From Paramecium tetraurelia (Eukaryota), in NCBI GenBank assembly GCA_000165425.1, contig CT868385.1:1-64000 (forward strand): a DNA stretch of 64,000 nucleotides, read 5' to 3'. Every line of letters starts with the position of its first letter. Positions within the stretch are counted from its first letter, which is position 1. A program made the position numbers and the translations under genes. The notes under the pieces are model-generated. The model searched no databases and had not been told where the DNA came from. It saw nothing but the letters and a program-made list of their open reading frames with translations. Positions 39,114-55,087 of the stretch are shown here, piece after piece.

Positions 39114-39680
39114 ATGTTTCTCTGTGGTGGTAAGAAACCAAAAACTCAAATGAGAACTCTAGCACTCGAGTCTCATTTATTCACTTTGAGGAACAATACC
39201 GAAGACATTATGAAAATATTCTATAATGCAGAAAAAATGCAGTTAGAGAGTCAGGATAAGGAAATGCTAATAAAAGGGAAAAAACTGCAAGAGTTACATC
39301 AATTCAATGAGGCAACATTAGTGTAATAAATTGAAGATTAAATTGTTGACATGGAGAAGGCCAAGTTAAAGAAATAAACGAAATTAGATGAAATTTATGA
39401 AATGGAAAGAGAGATCTTGTAGAATGAAATAGAGATACAGGTGATCAAGAATCTGATGAAGGATGATGAAAAGATAGTGAAAAACTTACAAAAATGTGAC
39501 ATAAAATTTGCTCTGGATCTTCAAGAAAAATATAGACAGAGCTTAGAGGAGATAGAGGAGGAGATGTCATAGAAACCAGTCATGAGGAGCGAGGGATCTG
39601 CTAATTTTTAGAGTCAATCACAAGCTTAGAGGAGATCATCATCTTCTAGAGCAAAATTGTCAAATGATCAAGAATCTTGA
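39114..39680 (+). CDS. Hypothetical coiled-coil protein
   Basis: MFLCGGKKPK... E/K/Q-rich heptads, TGA at 39678. Confidence 0.65.
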
Positions 39681-39762
39681 ATTAGTTTTTATGTTTTTAG
39701 AACTATAGTATGTATATGCTTTGGGGATAGAAGCTATTGTTATTTGATTTGTTTTGATTAAT

Positions 39763-40310
39763 ATGAATAATAATAATAGTGTTGTTTAATTTGAAATTGA
39801 TCATCCAATATCAAGATTAGTTAGATTTGAACGGGTTTTTTAAAGGACCTCGATTTGCATATTGATAGCATATGTTTTGACATCAGTAAGATTTCGAAAA
39901 ATGATTTTTAGATCTATTACACAATGAATTTCAGCTATTCAATTTATTACATGTCGAAATTGGGATGTTAGAAGATACGTATACTATACTTACTAAATAT
40001 CATCAGTGACATACTGTTTTGGGCAGCTACAGCTATTTTATATCTAGCTATTAAATACACTTCAATTAGACGATTCCAAAAATACAATTATACAATTTAT
40101 TCACTTATAATAATACGCTTGGCCTATGCCTTCAATCTTTTGGTAATGGAAGAGGGATTAACAGAAGAGGATGCAACAGATTGCAAATTTACAAGTCACG
40201 AAAAAATAAAGAAAATACTATTTTATCTCGTTGAAAACTTGTTCTACGTGATCACTGTTGGCACTGTTCATTACTTGATTTCAATTCTCACAAGTATTCC
40301 TTTAACATGA
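39763..40310 (+). CDS. Hypothetical multi-pass membrane protein (~4 TM)
   Basis: Four hydrophobic segments, one 26-nt intron. Confidence 0.6.
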
Positions 40311-40417
40311 AATTAGACATCAAGGAATAACCCAAGGATTTGCTTACTCACGACGTTAAAGAATCACTCATTATATGATTATAATCTTAATTAAAATTAT
40401 TTTAAGAGATATTTTAC

Positions 40418-42269
40418 ATGTTCAAAGCTATTACATTTATCTTTCCTCTTCCTACTATCAATCTAACCAATAACAGAATCAAAACCTTAACGAATCTAAT
40501 ACAATCCAATGGAGGAACCATTGCTCTGAATGCCCAAACTCTCATGATCGTGGGCTCTGATGCTACATTAGAATCTTGTCAGAAATAGCTATAAAAAATG
40601 AATTTAGACTTTGATTAGTATAAAACGTAGTTGATTAATGCAGATTGGGTTTCCCAATCTCTACAAGCTAAGAAACTTTTAGATCTTAAGGCATTTCAAT
40701 TATTTTTAGACATTGAGCAAAAATAACAAAAGGTTAGTCCTTAGACCACAGATACGAGGATGGTGTATGTAGAATCTTTAGCAAAGACTGTTCCAATTAA
40801 AGAAGGTGTAGAGGATGAAATGGATATGGAAAGTGGAGAATACACAATACTTAAACCTGAGTTGAGAGATAAGTGCGAGAAAAAGAGATTAGAATTTAAG
40901 AGACAAATCATTAAAGAGAATCGATTTATGTTAGATTACGAATATGACAAAGATCTGGATAATTATCATCATTAAGAAGACGATGGCTACGAATTTTTAT
41001 TGGATGACTTTCAAATTTTAAAGAAAGAAGAACATGATAATAATTAATAGAATAAATTTTATGGAGATGAAGATTGTTAGATTACTGAAGTTCGCAAACC
41101 TCAAATAGATGTGCTTTAGGGATTGGATATGGGAAAAGCAGTAGTTAATGTAGATTAACCCTTAATAAATGCATAATTAAAAGAGACTAAGTAATTCAAT
41201 CCAGGATTCAAATAAAAGATATAGTTTTGGGAAACCAAAAAAGAGTTTTTCATTTGTGATGCTGGATTTGCACAAAAGTGCTTCAATAATTAGATTATAG
41301 AGGAATTAGAAAAGCTTCTCAAAATTTACACAAATGAAAAAGATAAAGGAAGATGCATAGCCTATCGAAAGGCTATTGGTTTCATAAAGTCTTTAGCATT
41401 TCCTATCAGATCAAGTGAAGATGTAAAGGAAATGCCAACCATTGGAGAAAAAATTAAGAAGAAAATAGTTGAGATCATCTAAACAGGGTCTTTACTAAAA
41501 GTTTAAAAATTGGAAGGACAAGATAAAAATATTGCTATTACTTAGTTGACCAGGGTTTGGGGGATAGGGCCAACCACTGCTGCTACTTTTTATTTCAAAG
41601 GAATTAAAACATTAAATGATTTGAGGTAGAATCAACATATGCTAAATAAAAACTAATAAGTGTGTCTACAATTGGTTGAAGAATTAGAATAACGTATTCC
41701 CAGAGATGAAGCTACAATTATTTATGAAATTGTAAAGAGGGAATTAGATGACTTAAGTGGAGTGCCTGGATTGTATAAGGCTACAGCTTGTGGTTCATAT
41801 AGAAGAGAAAAAGAAAGTTGTGGAGACATGGATATCTTAATTACGAGATGCGATGGAAAGATTGTTGAGGGGTTTTTAATGAATTTAATTTAACGGTTGG
41901 AAGGGAAACTACTAACTCATCATCTTACATTGCCTAAGAAGGGAGAACATGATAACGAGTCTTATATGGGAATTGGAAGAATCAGTAATCAAGGAATTCA
42001 TCGTAGAATAGATTTAAAATTGTATCCCAAAGAACAGTATGGTTGTGCAGTTTTGTATTTTACTGGTTCTGATCAATACAATAGAAGTATGAGACTGTGG
42101 GCTTAAAAAATTGGATTTAGTCTCAGTGATCATGGGCTCTATCCGACTTAAAGGGGAACTCACAATAAAAAGATGTGGAAAGGAGAGGTCATTGCTTGTG
42201 AGGAGGAAATAGATGTTTATCGGATCCTTGGATTATAATACAAACCACCTAAAGAGAAGATCGGTATGA
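40418..42269 (+). CDS. POLX: Family X DNA polymerase (Pol lambda-like) with N-terminal BRCT domain and long linker
   Basis: BRCT ...LINADWVSQSLQAKKLL; lyase/HhH AYRKAI, PTIGEKIKKKI, VWGIGP; palm ACGSYRREKESCGDMDILI, RRIDLK, YFTGSDQYNRSMR, SLSDHGL. Confidence 0.95.
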
Positions 42270-42329
42270 TTTTGATTTTGTTAATATAATTACTCTCAAT
42301 ATAATATACATAAACTCAATAGAACTTTA

Positions 42330-43144
42330 TCAATTTTACTGCAGAAAATCGTATTCTATATGTGAATTCAACCGATATAAGGCATTTGGTAACAATTAAG
42401 GGTAAGAATTCTCAGATTCTTCTGACATACCAACACAAATCTTTTATTCCTCAAAAAAGGTGTTGGTATCAATTACAGAGTACGATTTTTCATAATTTAT
42501 TGGGACCATTGCACTCTCGCTTGATAAATCTTCAACTTTAACAAGAGGAGACGAGATTGTTTATTAGGTTTCCTTTTGAGAGATGACAGAAAAAACTGAA
42601 ACAAGAGTCAAGAGAGCGAGACCTATTTTACCTAATCTCGAGCAACGACCTAGTTGTTAGAGAATAGACAATTAATCTCTTATTTTTGAGCCCTTGTTTG
42701 TCAATTTTTAGTGTTTAGCTTGTAGCTCTTCCAATTGCTTCCTCAATTAAGCATTGTAATTTAATTCTTTTTGAGCCTAATTTTCTAATTGTTGTAAATA
42801 TTATTTCTTTCTATCTCTCGAGTTTTATGCACTGATTCTATTTCGTATCATTTTATATGGTTTTTTTATCATTATCCCTTAATGGATCATCATCTTTGTT
42901 TCTTTCTCTTTATTTTCTTACTACTTTAAACTATTTCAGGTTCATCCTTGTGTTTTCTTTATTTTGCCTTCTCCCTTCTCATTGTACGCTTCAACTTCTC
43001 TACAAGTTTTTTGAAAATCTTAAAAATTATTAGAATTTTCTTCTTACTTTATGGGTTAGATTTTTGCAATTCCATAAGCCCTTCTTGAGATGTTTATAGA
43101 GTCTCACTCATATACTCAAAGAATTCCTATTAACTAGTACTCAT
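42330..43144 (-). CDS. bZIP transcription factor with post-zipper hydrophobic segment (frameshifts in 5' part; error or pseudogene)
   Basis: MIRNRISAQNSRDRKKQYLQQLE zipper followed by IGLALLTLVSVFSVI. Confidence 0.7.
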
Positions 43145-43972
43145 CTTGCTAAAGATATATATTAAATATTGTATTAAAAAACGATAAATTTTATTACGAT
43201 AAATACTCAAACATAGTGAAATAACTGCAATAATATTACTTAATTTTTAATACCATTAAATTTACATTACATTACATTCCCCTCCCTTTCACTATCTAAT
43301 TCATTACTAAGGTTTTATAGGTATATATACTTAAGCAATGGGGATGGAGAAGTAAAACTTAATCTCTTGGATTGTTTATAATTGTAAATACTTTGTTGTA
43401 AAATATATATTTAAATTAACATAACTCAACATCGTTCTTTTACCTATAATAATTCAAGAATTGAATTGTAATAATAGTCAAGACATTAAAAATAGCATCA
43501 CTTAAATTGAATATAATTATCCTACCATTCAATATTAATTTTAGATATAAAGATTTATTCCAAGTGTAGAATAATTATATGAATTTCAATTTCATTAATT
43601 TATATTCTAAGTTAAAGATATATAATAATTATTTAATTTACTAAACTTATGTTTCTTAATTAACGTAATTGTCAACTTGCAAAATATGTAATGTATTATA
43701 TAAATAAGAATATCTTAGCAAAAATATTTTTTTAGTTTTTTGAGATTTAAAACAAATTCTTCTCATATCTCTCTTAAACAGTTAGTATAAAAGAATTTTG
43801 TTATTTCAATTTACAATCTAATTTTGTAAGTATTAATACCCCTAAATTAATATGTTGTTATGGACTATCATTATTTTCGTGATAGTGTATCAAAATTATA
43901 GGGTTTAGTATTCAAATAAGTAAAGAGTGATTATATATTTTTGATCGTTTTTAATTATTAATATTATATTCA

Positions 43973-44800
43973 ATGAAGACTCTAATACTTGTAGTATTAA
44001 TTTGTTATAGTGGCTCTTAAATGTTAAGAGGTTCCCCAAAGTCTTTAATTGAAGAAGAACAAGGTAATGATGAATGATTAATTGGCAGCAATATTTCAAA
44101 GTGAATAAGAGGATTAAATGTTTTATGTTGGGAATAGTGATGTTTCAGCAGAGACTCTTTAAGGCAAGGAGAACGTAAATGCAGAAGCTAGTTTGGCAGT
44201 ATTCAAAAGTGACGATACCCCAATGGTGTACGTTGAAGAGTCAACAGAGTCAAGTAATTTATATTGAAAATAAATGCAAAGCCTAGAATCAAAATTTTGA
44301 GTAATAGGAATCATTGCAAATTGAGAAGGTGGATGATGAGATCTAGTATAATTTTACAATAGATAATAAAGAGCATAAGAATTACCTGAAGCAACAAGTG
44401 ATTAAGCTAATTTTGTGGATAGAGCAATTGTTTTGGACCCAGAATAAGACTAATAATCATCATAGAATAGCTAAACTGATGTTGTTTTGAACATAGCTCC
44501 TAAGACAGAGTCATTAGGTAGTTCTGAGGCAAACAAGAAACACATTTATGTTTATAATCGTAAGTTTGACTCATAATAACTTAGCTTTTGGCTAAGAAAC
44601 CGTTTGTTGGGATTAAGTACCCACCCATGCCAGTGACAAAGGATCGTAATTATCTGTCAAACTCTGAAAGTCTGACTATCAAATTGCCTGCATGGTCTGA
44701 GCAAAGTAATCACAGAGTTGAAGATGATTTGGAATTCTTCCAATTTATTAGACGTATACACCCTTAAATATAGTAGCATCTGATGTATCAGTTAATGAGT
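43973..44800 (+). CDS. Hypothetical secreted acidic protein (frame not fully resolved; 3' end approximate)
   Basis: MKTLILVVLICYSGS signal-like start, short introns, coding-like composition. Confidence 0.4.
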
Positions 44801-44872
44801 ATTGAAAGAACATTAATATATAATTCATATTTTTTCAAGTTGCGGAAATCTAAAAATATATTATAATAAATA

Positions 44873-49033
<4,161 letters not shown>

Positions 49034-49314
49034 AAATATCATTAATTTCTATTTTATGATCATTTAAATTATTATTAACTTAACTGATTAAGGACAGTAG
49101 TACTAATTAAGATTTTAAATTAAATCATCAATAAATCTATTTATATTTGTATACATTGATAATGATGAGATTTTTATTGTCCACATAAATTGATAAAAAT
49201 CAAATCAAGATTTGTAATACTCGATATACAGATTATTTAAACCATTAGGGTAAAAAATGAATATGATACTGGATTGTCAAATTCTTACTTATTAATTATT
49301 GAATTAATTTATAA

Positions 49315-50280
49315 ATGGAAAAGAAAATAGGAAAATTGAAGAAGTTCATTAATGATAATGATAATTAAAGAATTAATGGGTTGAAAAATATAGAATAAGA
49401 ATAATACTCTTCGAGTTATCGTAAGATTATTAAATGCTAAAAAATATATTCTATTCCTAATTTAGATCTAAATATTATGATTATCTTGTTATTAAATAGA
49501 AAATTTATATTAAATTGATAGTAATATAGAGAGCTAAGAGAGAAGGTAAAATATATTGAAATATGATTGAGGTGAAAGTACTAAAAGCGTTATTCTTAGA
49601 GAAGGATTAGTTGGTTGTAGAATTGTGGGCGCAAAATTAAAATTTAAGGGTGTCAAACAAATAAATTTAGTAGATATTTGATACTAAGAGAAATGAGTGA
49701 ATTAGTTGAAGATATGTAAAAGGACTATGATAATGTGAAAGTAAGTGAAAATGATAATTTAATCGTTTTATTAAGAAGAATAGAGTAAAGAGAGAATATC
49801 ATGGGAGTCAGAGAATAAGTAATTAAAAGCTGAAATTTAGAGGCTTGATGATTTTTGTTTTGAAATGGAACCAATAAAAGAAGAAAATTAGAAATTGAAA
49901 AAAGAATTGAAAAATTATAAATTAGAAAGAAATAAAATGGAAAAAAAATGAAATAAGTAATATATGAAATAGAGGAAATAAAAATAGTTGCGGACCAATA
50001 ATTAGAAATACTTAAATCGCAGCACCAAATAGCATATTTGTTAAGTGAACTAGATGGAATATTGGAATCATTAAAGTAAGAGAATGAGTATCTGAAGTAA
50101 TAGATAAAGAGATTTTAAGAGAAACAAGAAAATGAAATTACAAAGTATCAGGTAAGACAAGGTTTGATTTCAGGAAGATTTGAAGAAGTGGAGAGATAAA
50201 ATGAACTTTTTAAAGAGATTGGATCTATACTTAAGGTGTGATCTGATACTATTTGACCTTGTTGTATTTCTAGGGTGAAT
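49315..50280 (+). pseudogene. Probable degraded coiled-coil gene
   Basis: E/K/Q-rich coil-like segments in alternating frames with TGAs (~49831, ~49949) that I could not remove with plausible introns. Confidence 0.35.
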
Positions 50281-50612
50281 ATTTTTTATTTAATTGGAGT
50301 AATTGATATTTATTAAAATTGAAAATTGAGAAAGCCAAGTGAGTGGCAGACTATTCTTAATTAATCCTAAATAATAAATCTTATTCTATTTGCTTATTCA
50401 CTTTAACTCAACCTATAAATTTTAATAAGATGATATATTATATATTAATGAGATCTTTACTTGCTATTAATTAATGCTTATGTCTTAATTAAAAATTAGT
50501 CAATAAATAACACAGTATAATTTATGGAACATTTGTTTAAAAAATGGAACTGAGAAAATAAAAGTGAAAGGTTTTATGAAATTTGATATATATATATTTG
50601 ATCTATGAATTC

Positions 50613-51611
50613 TCACTTGACGTTGACATACAATTTCTTAACTTATTCTGGTAATTCTTTGAAGAAGGGATGTTCACATGCAGCTTTGGCTGTAATTCTT
50701 TGATCTGGGTTAATTTTAAGCATTTTGACCAATAAGTCTAAGCCATCTGGATCAAGTCTTGGACAAAACTTAGCTAGATTGTCAGGTTGGTATTGTTCAA
50801 AGTTTTCAGGTTTCCAGCTTGGAAGATCATTCAATTTAGGATATTCCTAGAATAGTGAGAGTAATTTACAATAGGTGATGGAGTTCCCAAGACTCTGAAT
50901 ATCTTTTTCAATTGATCAGTTTCGTTGCTTCCAGCAAAAAGAGGTTTAAGATTTGACATTTCAGCAAAGATGCAGCCCACACTCCAGATATCTATTGAGG
51001 TGTTATAGTTTTTAGAGCCCAACAGGACATCTGGTGGTCTGTACCACAGTGTGACAACTTCATGAGTGAAACTTTTAACAGGGATTCCACTAGCTCTGGC
51101 AAGTCCAAAATCAGCAAGTTTGAGGATTCCGTCTTTGGAGACCAAAAGATTTTGAGGTTTGAGATCACGGTGTAATATTTTTTATTAATGACATGCTTAG
51201 ATTCCTCTTAGGAGTTAATAGAGGAAACTCTTCACAATCACGGGTTCCATGCCTTTCTCTTTGGGGAATTGGGCAAAGAATTTCTTAAGATCCATTTCAA
51301 CATACTCAAAGACCAGTACAAGTTTCTTATTTGAATGCACAACCTCCATTAATCTAGATAGAGCAAGTATTACTTCACAATATTTGGATGATTCAACTCT
51401 TTAAGCAGAGAGATCTCTCTGATTGCTGTACTAGGAATGCCTTCCTCTTCTGACTCGAGTCTGATTTTCTTCAATGCCACATATTCGCTAGTGTTCCTGT
51501 CTAATTGTATAATGTAAAATGACTTATACCTAATGCTTTATACACGATTCCGTAAGTACCCTCTCCGAGTTTCTCCTTCTTCTCGTATTTCTCCAATTTA
51601 TTAGATTTCAT
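50613..51611 (-). CDS. Cyclin-dependent kinase (PSTAIRE; CDC2/CDK5-like)
   Basis: [58 protein letters not shown]. Confidence 0.96.
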
Positions 51612-51648
51612 AATATTAAAATATTAATGTACGATTTTATTTTCATTT

Positions 51649-52040
51649 TCAATCAAACAAACCACCCATATCAACATCTTCTTCTGGTTCTTCAGCTTTC
51701 TTGACTTCCTTGACTGGCTCAGCCTTTTTGGTCTCAGCAGCAGCAGGAGTGGATGTAGTTTATGCTTATGGAGCACTGCCTGCACTTCCACTGCTTCCAT
51801 GCAACAAATCACCGACCTTTTTGCCCTTAAGTGCTTTCTCAAAAACTTTAGTCCAAATTGGTTCGACTCTCAAATTGGAAGCCTTGATGATCTTGGCTAA
51901 TTTAGTGGCATCAATCTTATTATCACATTTTCAAATACATCTTAATTGTCTTCATACAATATGAGGGCTGCGTATGTGCATGCAGTTTCGGATGTAGCTT
52001 AATCTGCAATTGGTCTTGTGTCTTTTGCTGCTCTAGCCAT
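51649..52040 (-). CDS. RPLP1: 60S acidic ribosomal protein P1
   Basis: SETACTYAALIL, VEPIWTKVFEKAL, C-terminal EEDVDMGGLFD*. Confidence 0.95.
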
Positions 52041-52081
52041 TTGATTTTTTAAAATATTAATTAAAAAAGATATACAAATTA

Positions 52082-53130
52082 ATGCTCTTCTCAATCTCGC
52101 CTTAACCACCATTTCAAATTCATCATCGAAAACAAACCACTTTTCAAGTCATCAACATGGTTGATCACCCAATCCTCTTTAGATTCAAAAATGATATCCA
52201 CATAAGAATTATGCCTTCCTATGGCATGATTTCTCCCAACGATAGAAAATTGATCTCCGTTACCAATAAAACAAGCCAATATGACATTGATGTTTAACTA
52301 GAAGCCATCAATTACGTTGAAGACTATCTTGAAATGCTTGAGTATTCCAACCCTCAATTATGGGTTGAAAAATAACCCGGAGTATTAGCCACTCAAACCC
52401 TCTCCATCAGAATGAACATCAATACGGATTCCTCCAGCACCCAGCAATCAGATAAAAAACAAACTTTCGAAGAAGTTATCAGATAGGAAAATCTGCAAAC
52501 CTAAAGATCTTAGCCTACTTTTAGTAGATTCTAAGAGTAAATCGTCCATAAAAATAGTCTCGATGGCTAAGAAAGCAGAACATCAAATATCTCCAATAAT
52601 AACCCCAGCATTAGTCCCATACTCTAGGATGCGAGCAGAATAAGTGCCAATATGAGTAGGGAAGTAAAATAACCCACCTTTTTTACAGAAGCTTACGAGA
52701 TTCCCCAAGAACCTAATGAGCAATTTCAAGATAGAATGGATCCCGAACAAAGCTATAATAATGAACCTTATGCATCTGGTAATTTCAAATGCATTGATGA
52801 GGAGAAGTCCAACCACGAAGTATCAGGCATTAGATCCTAAACCTCTATAATAAAAATCGAATAGAATTAAATAATATCCTAACTTAAGTAGAAAGAACAA
52901 TAGATTCTCAAGCAAATAGACTAAATCAAGATAAGCAAAGACTAATTGAGCGAGGAATTAGAAAAATTGAAATTTAAAGCAATGTTTAAGAATAAAGAAA
53001 ACAATAAATGTAATATTATGATTGTAATTTTTTAGAGGATTAATAAATATTAATTGGACATTTATTAATCGTTAGTGTAATATGTTTAATATTAGGAGCA
53101 TTGCTAAAAAAGATTTAATAACTTTTTTGA
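52082..53130 (+). CDS. VAP/MSP-domain tail-anchored protein, divergent
   Basis: N-terminal MSP-like (FSISPQ...VIN...ILFRFK...IMPSYGMISP), Gln-rich linker, coiled coil, C-terminal TM ILIGHLLIVSVICLILGALL. Confidence 0.65.
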
Positions 53131-53158
53131 TACTAATTGAACAATAATCACTATTATA

Positions 53159-54975
53159 TCAATACATTCCTTCCATTCCTCCCATGCCTCCCATGTTTGG
53201 AGCTCCTCCTGCTTTTTCATCTTTTTTTCCTTCAACAATCATACATCTAAAATAGAATTATAAATATACTCTGTAGTTGTCATTAAACTGGCAACTGAGG
53301 CAGCATCAACAAGTGCAGTTCTTACGACTTTTGTTGGGTCAATGATACCAGCCTTGATCATATTGACATATTATGATTTTGAGGCATCATATCCTACTTC
53401 TTCATCTTTACCTTCCAACAATTTTCCAACAACAACTGCTCCTTCTTCACCAGCATTATCAACGATGGTTCTGCATGGTAATTCAATGGCCCTCTTGACA
53501 ATTTGGATACCAATGTTCTAATCGAAGTTGTCTCCCTTGAGTTTCTCTAAGACTCTGGTTGCATACAATAAGGCACATCCACCACCTAAATATTTATTTA
53601 ATGTTTATACCTACAACAATACCCTCATCAACAGCAGCTCTGGTTGCATTGAGTGCATCTGTGATTCTGTCTTTGATTTCACCAACTTCAACTTCTGAAG
53701 CACCTCCAACTTTGATGACACCAACTCCTCCTTATAATTTAGCCAATCTCTCTTTGAGTTTTTCTTTGTCATATTCAGAATTTGATTCTGTGATTTGAGC
53801 TTTGATGATGTCGCATCTTTCATTGATGCTATCCTTGGATCCAATGCCGTCCATGATAATGGTATCATCTTTGGTGACGATGATTGATTTGCATTATCCA
53901 AGAACTGTGTGATCAGACTTTTCCAATTACAATCCAACATCTTCTGTGATGACTGTGGCTCCAGTCAAAATAGCAATATCATTTAAGATTGCCTTTCTGT
54001 TATCCTAAAATAATGAAATTAATTCATACTCCAAAAGCAGGGGCTTTGACAGCACATACTTTGAGTCCTCCTCTTAATTTATTAAGAATCAATTGAGCCA
54101 AGGCTTCTGATTCAACATCGTCAGCAATCAGTAAAAGTGGTTTGTTCTCTCTAACAACATGTTCCAAAATTTAGAGAATTGATTGAATATTTGAGATCTT
54201 CTTGTCTGTGATCAAAATGTATGGCTTTTCGAATTCTGCCTTTTATGTCTTTGGATCTGTGGCGAAATAAGGACTGATGTATCCTCTGTCGAATTTCATA
54301 CCCTCGACAAATTCAATTTCGTGATGAAGTGTTTTACCATCAGATACTGTGATGGTTCCATGTTCTCCTACCTTATCCATGAGTTCGGCGATCAATTTTC
54401 CGATTTCGACGTCTCCATTGGCAGAGATTGTGGCAACATTCTCAATCATTTCCTTAGATTTAACTTGCTTTGATCTGCTCTTCAAATCCTTAACAACTGC
54501 TTCACATGCCAAATTGATGCCTCTTCTCAAGTCCATAGGCTAAAAGAGATATACACACAAATCTTACATTGAGTCCAGCTGCGACACTCTTGACACCTTC
54601 CTTGAAGATGGCTCTAGCCAAAACTGTAGCTGTGGTTGTGCCATCACCAGCTTCATCATTAGCTTTGGATGCCACTGACTTTACCAATTGAGCTCCAATG
54701 TTTTCGAATCTGTTGGAGAATTCAATAGCCTTTGCTACAGTGACTCCATCCTTAGTTATTTTGGGACCACCGAAAGCTTGATCGATGACTACATTTCTTC
54801 CTTTTGGTCCAAGGGTTGTTTGGACAGCATCAGCTAATTTGTCACAACCACGTAACATCTATTGTCTGCACTCTTGTCCAAAACTCAATTCTTTTCCTGC
54901 AAAGAAAACTGGAGTAGATACGAGGGATTTTCCCAATACGATATTGCCAAAGAGCTTTCTAGATGAAGAAATCAT
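53159..54975 (-). CDS. HSP60: Mitochondrial chaperonin HSP60 (Cpn60)
   Basis: Presequence; [50 protein letters not shown] tail. Confidence 0.97.
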
Positions 54976-55087
54976 TAACAATTTATAGACAATTAATTTA
55001 TTTGTGAAAATTACCCACAATTAAATTAAATAGTCTCTTAATAGTAAATTCTAGAAATTCTAGATTAATTCATTTATTTTTATATAC

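Noticed and set aside
21841..43000. Several +1 frameshifts (PPR, PolX, bZIP) as Euplotes-style programmed +1 frameshifting
   Set aside because: Sites lack a common AAA-TAR context and TAR is a sense codon here; homopolymer indel errors are simpler
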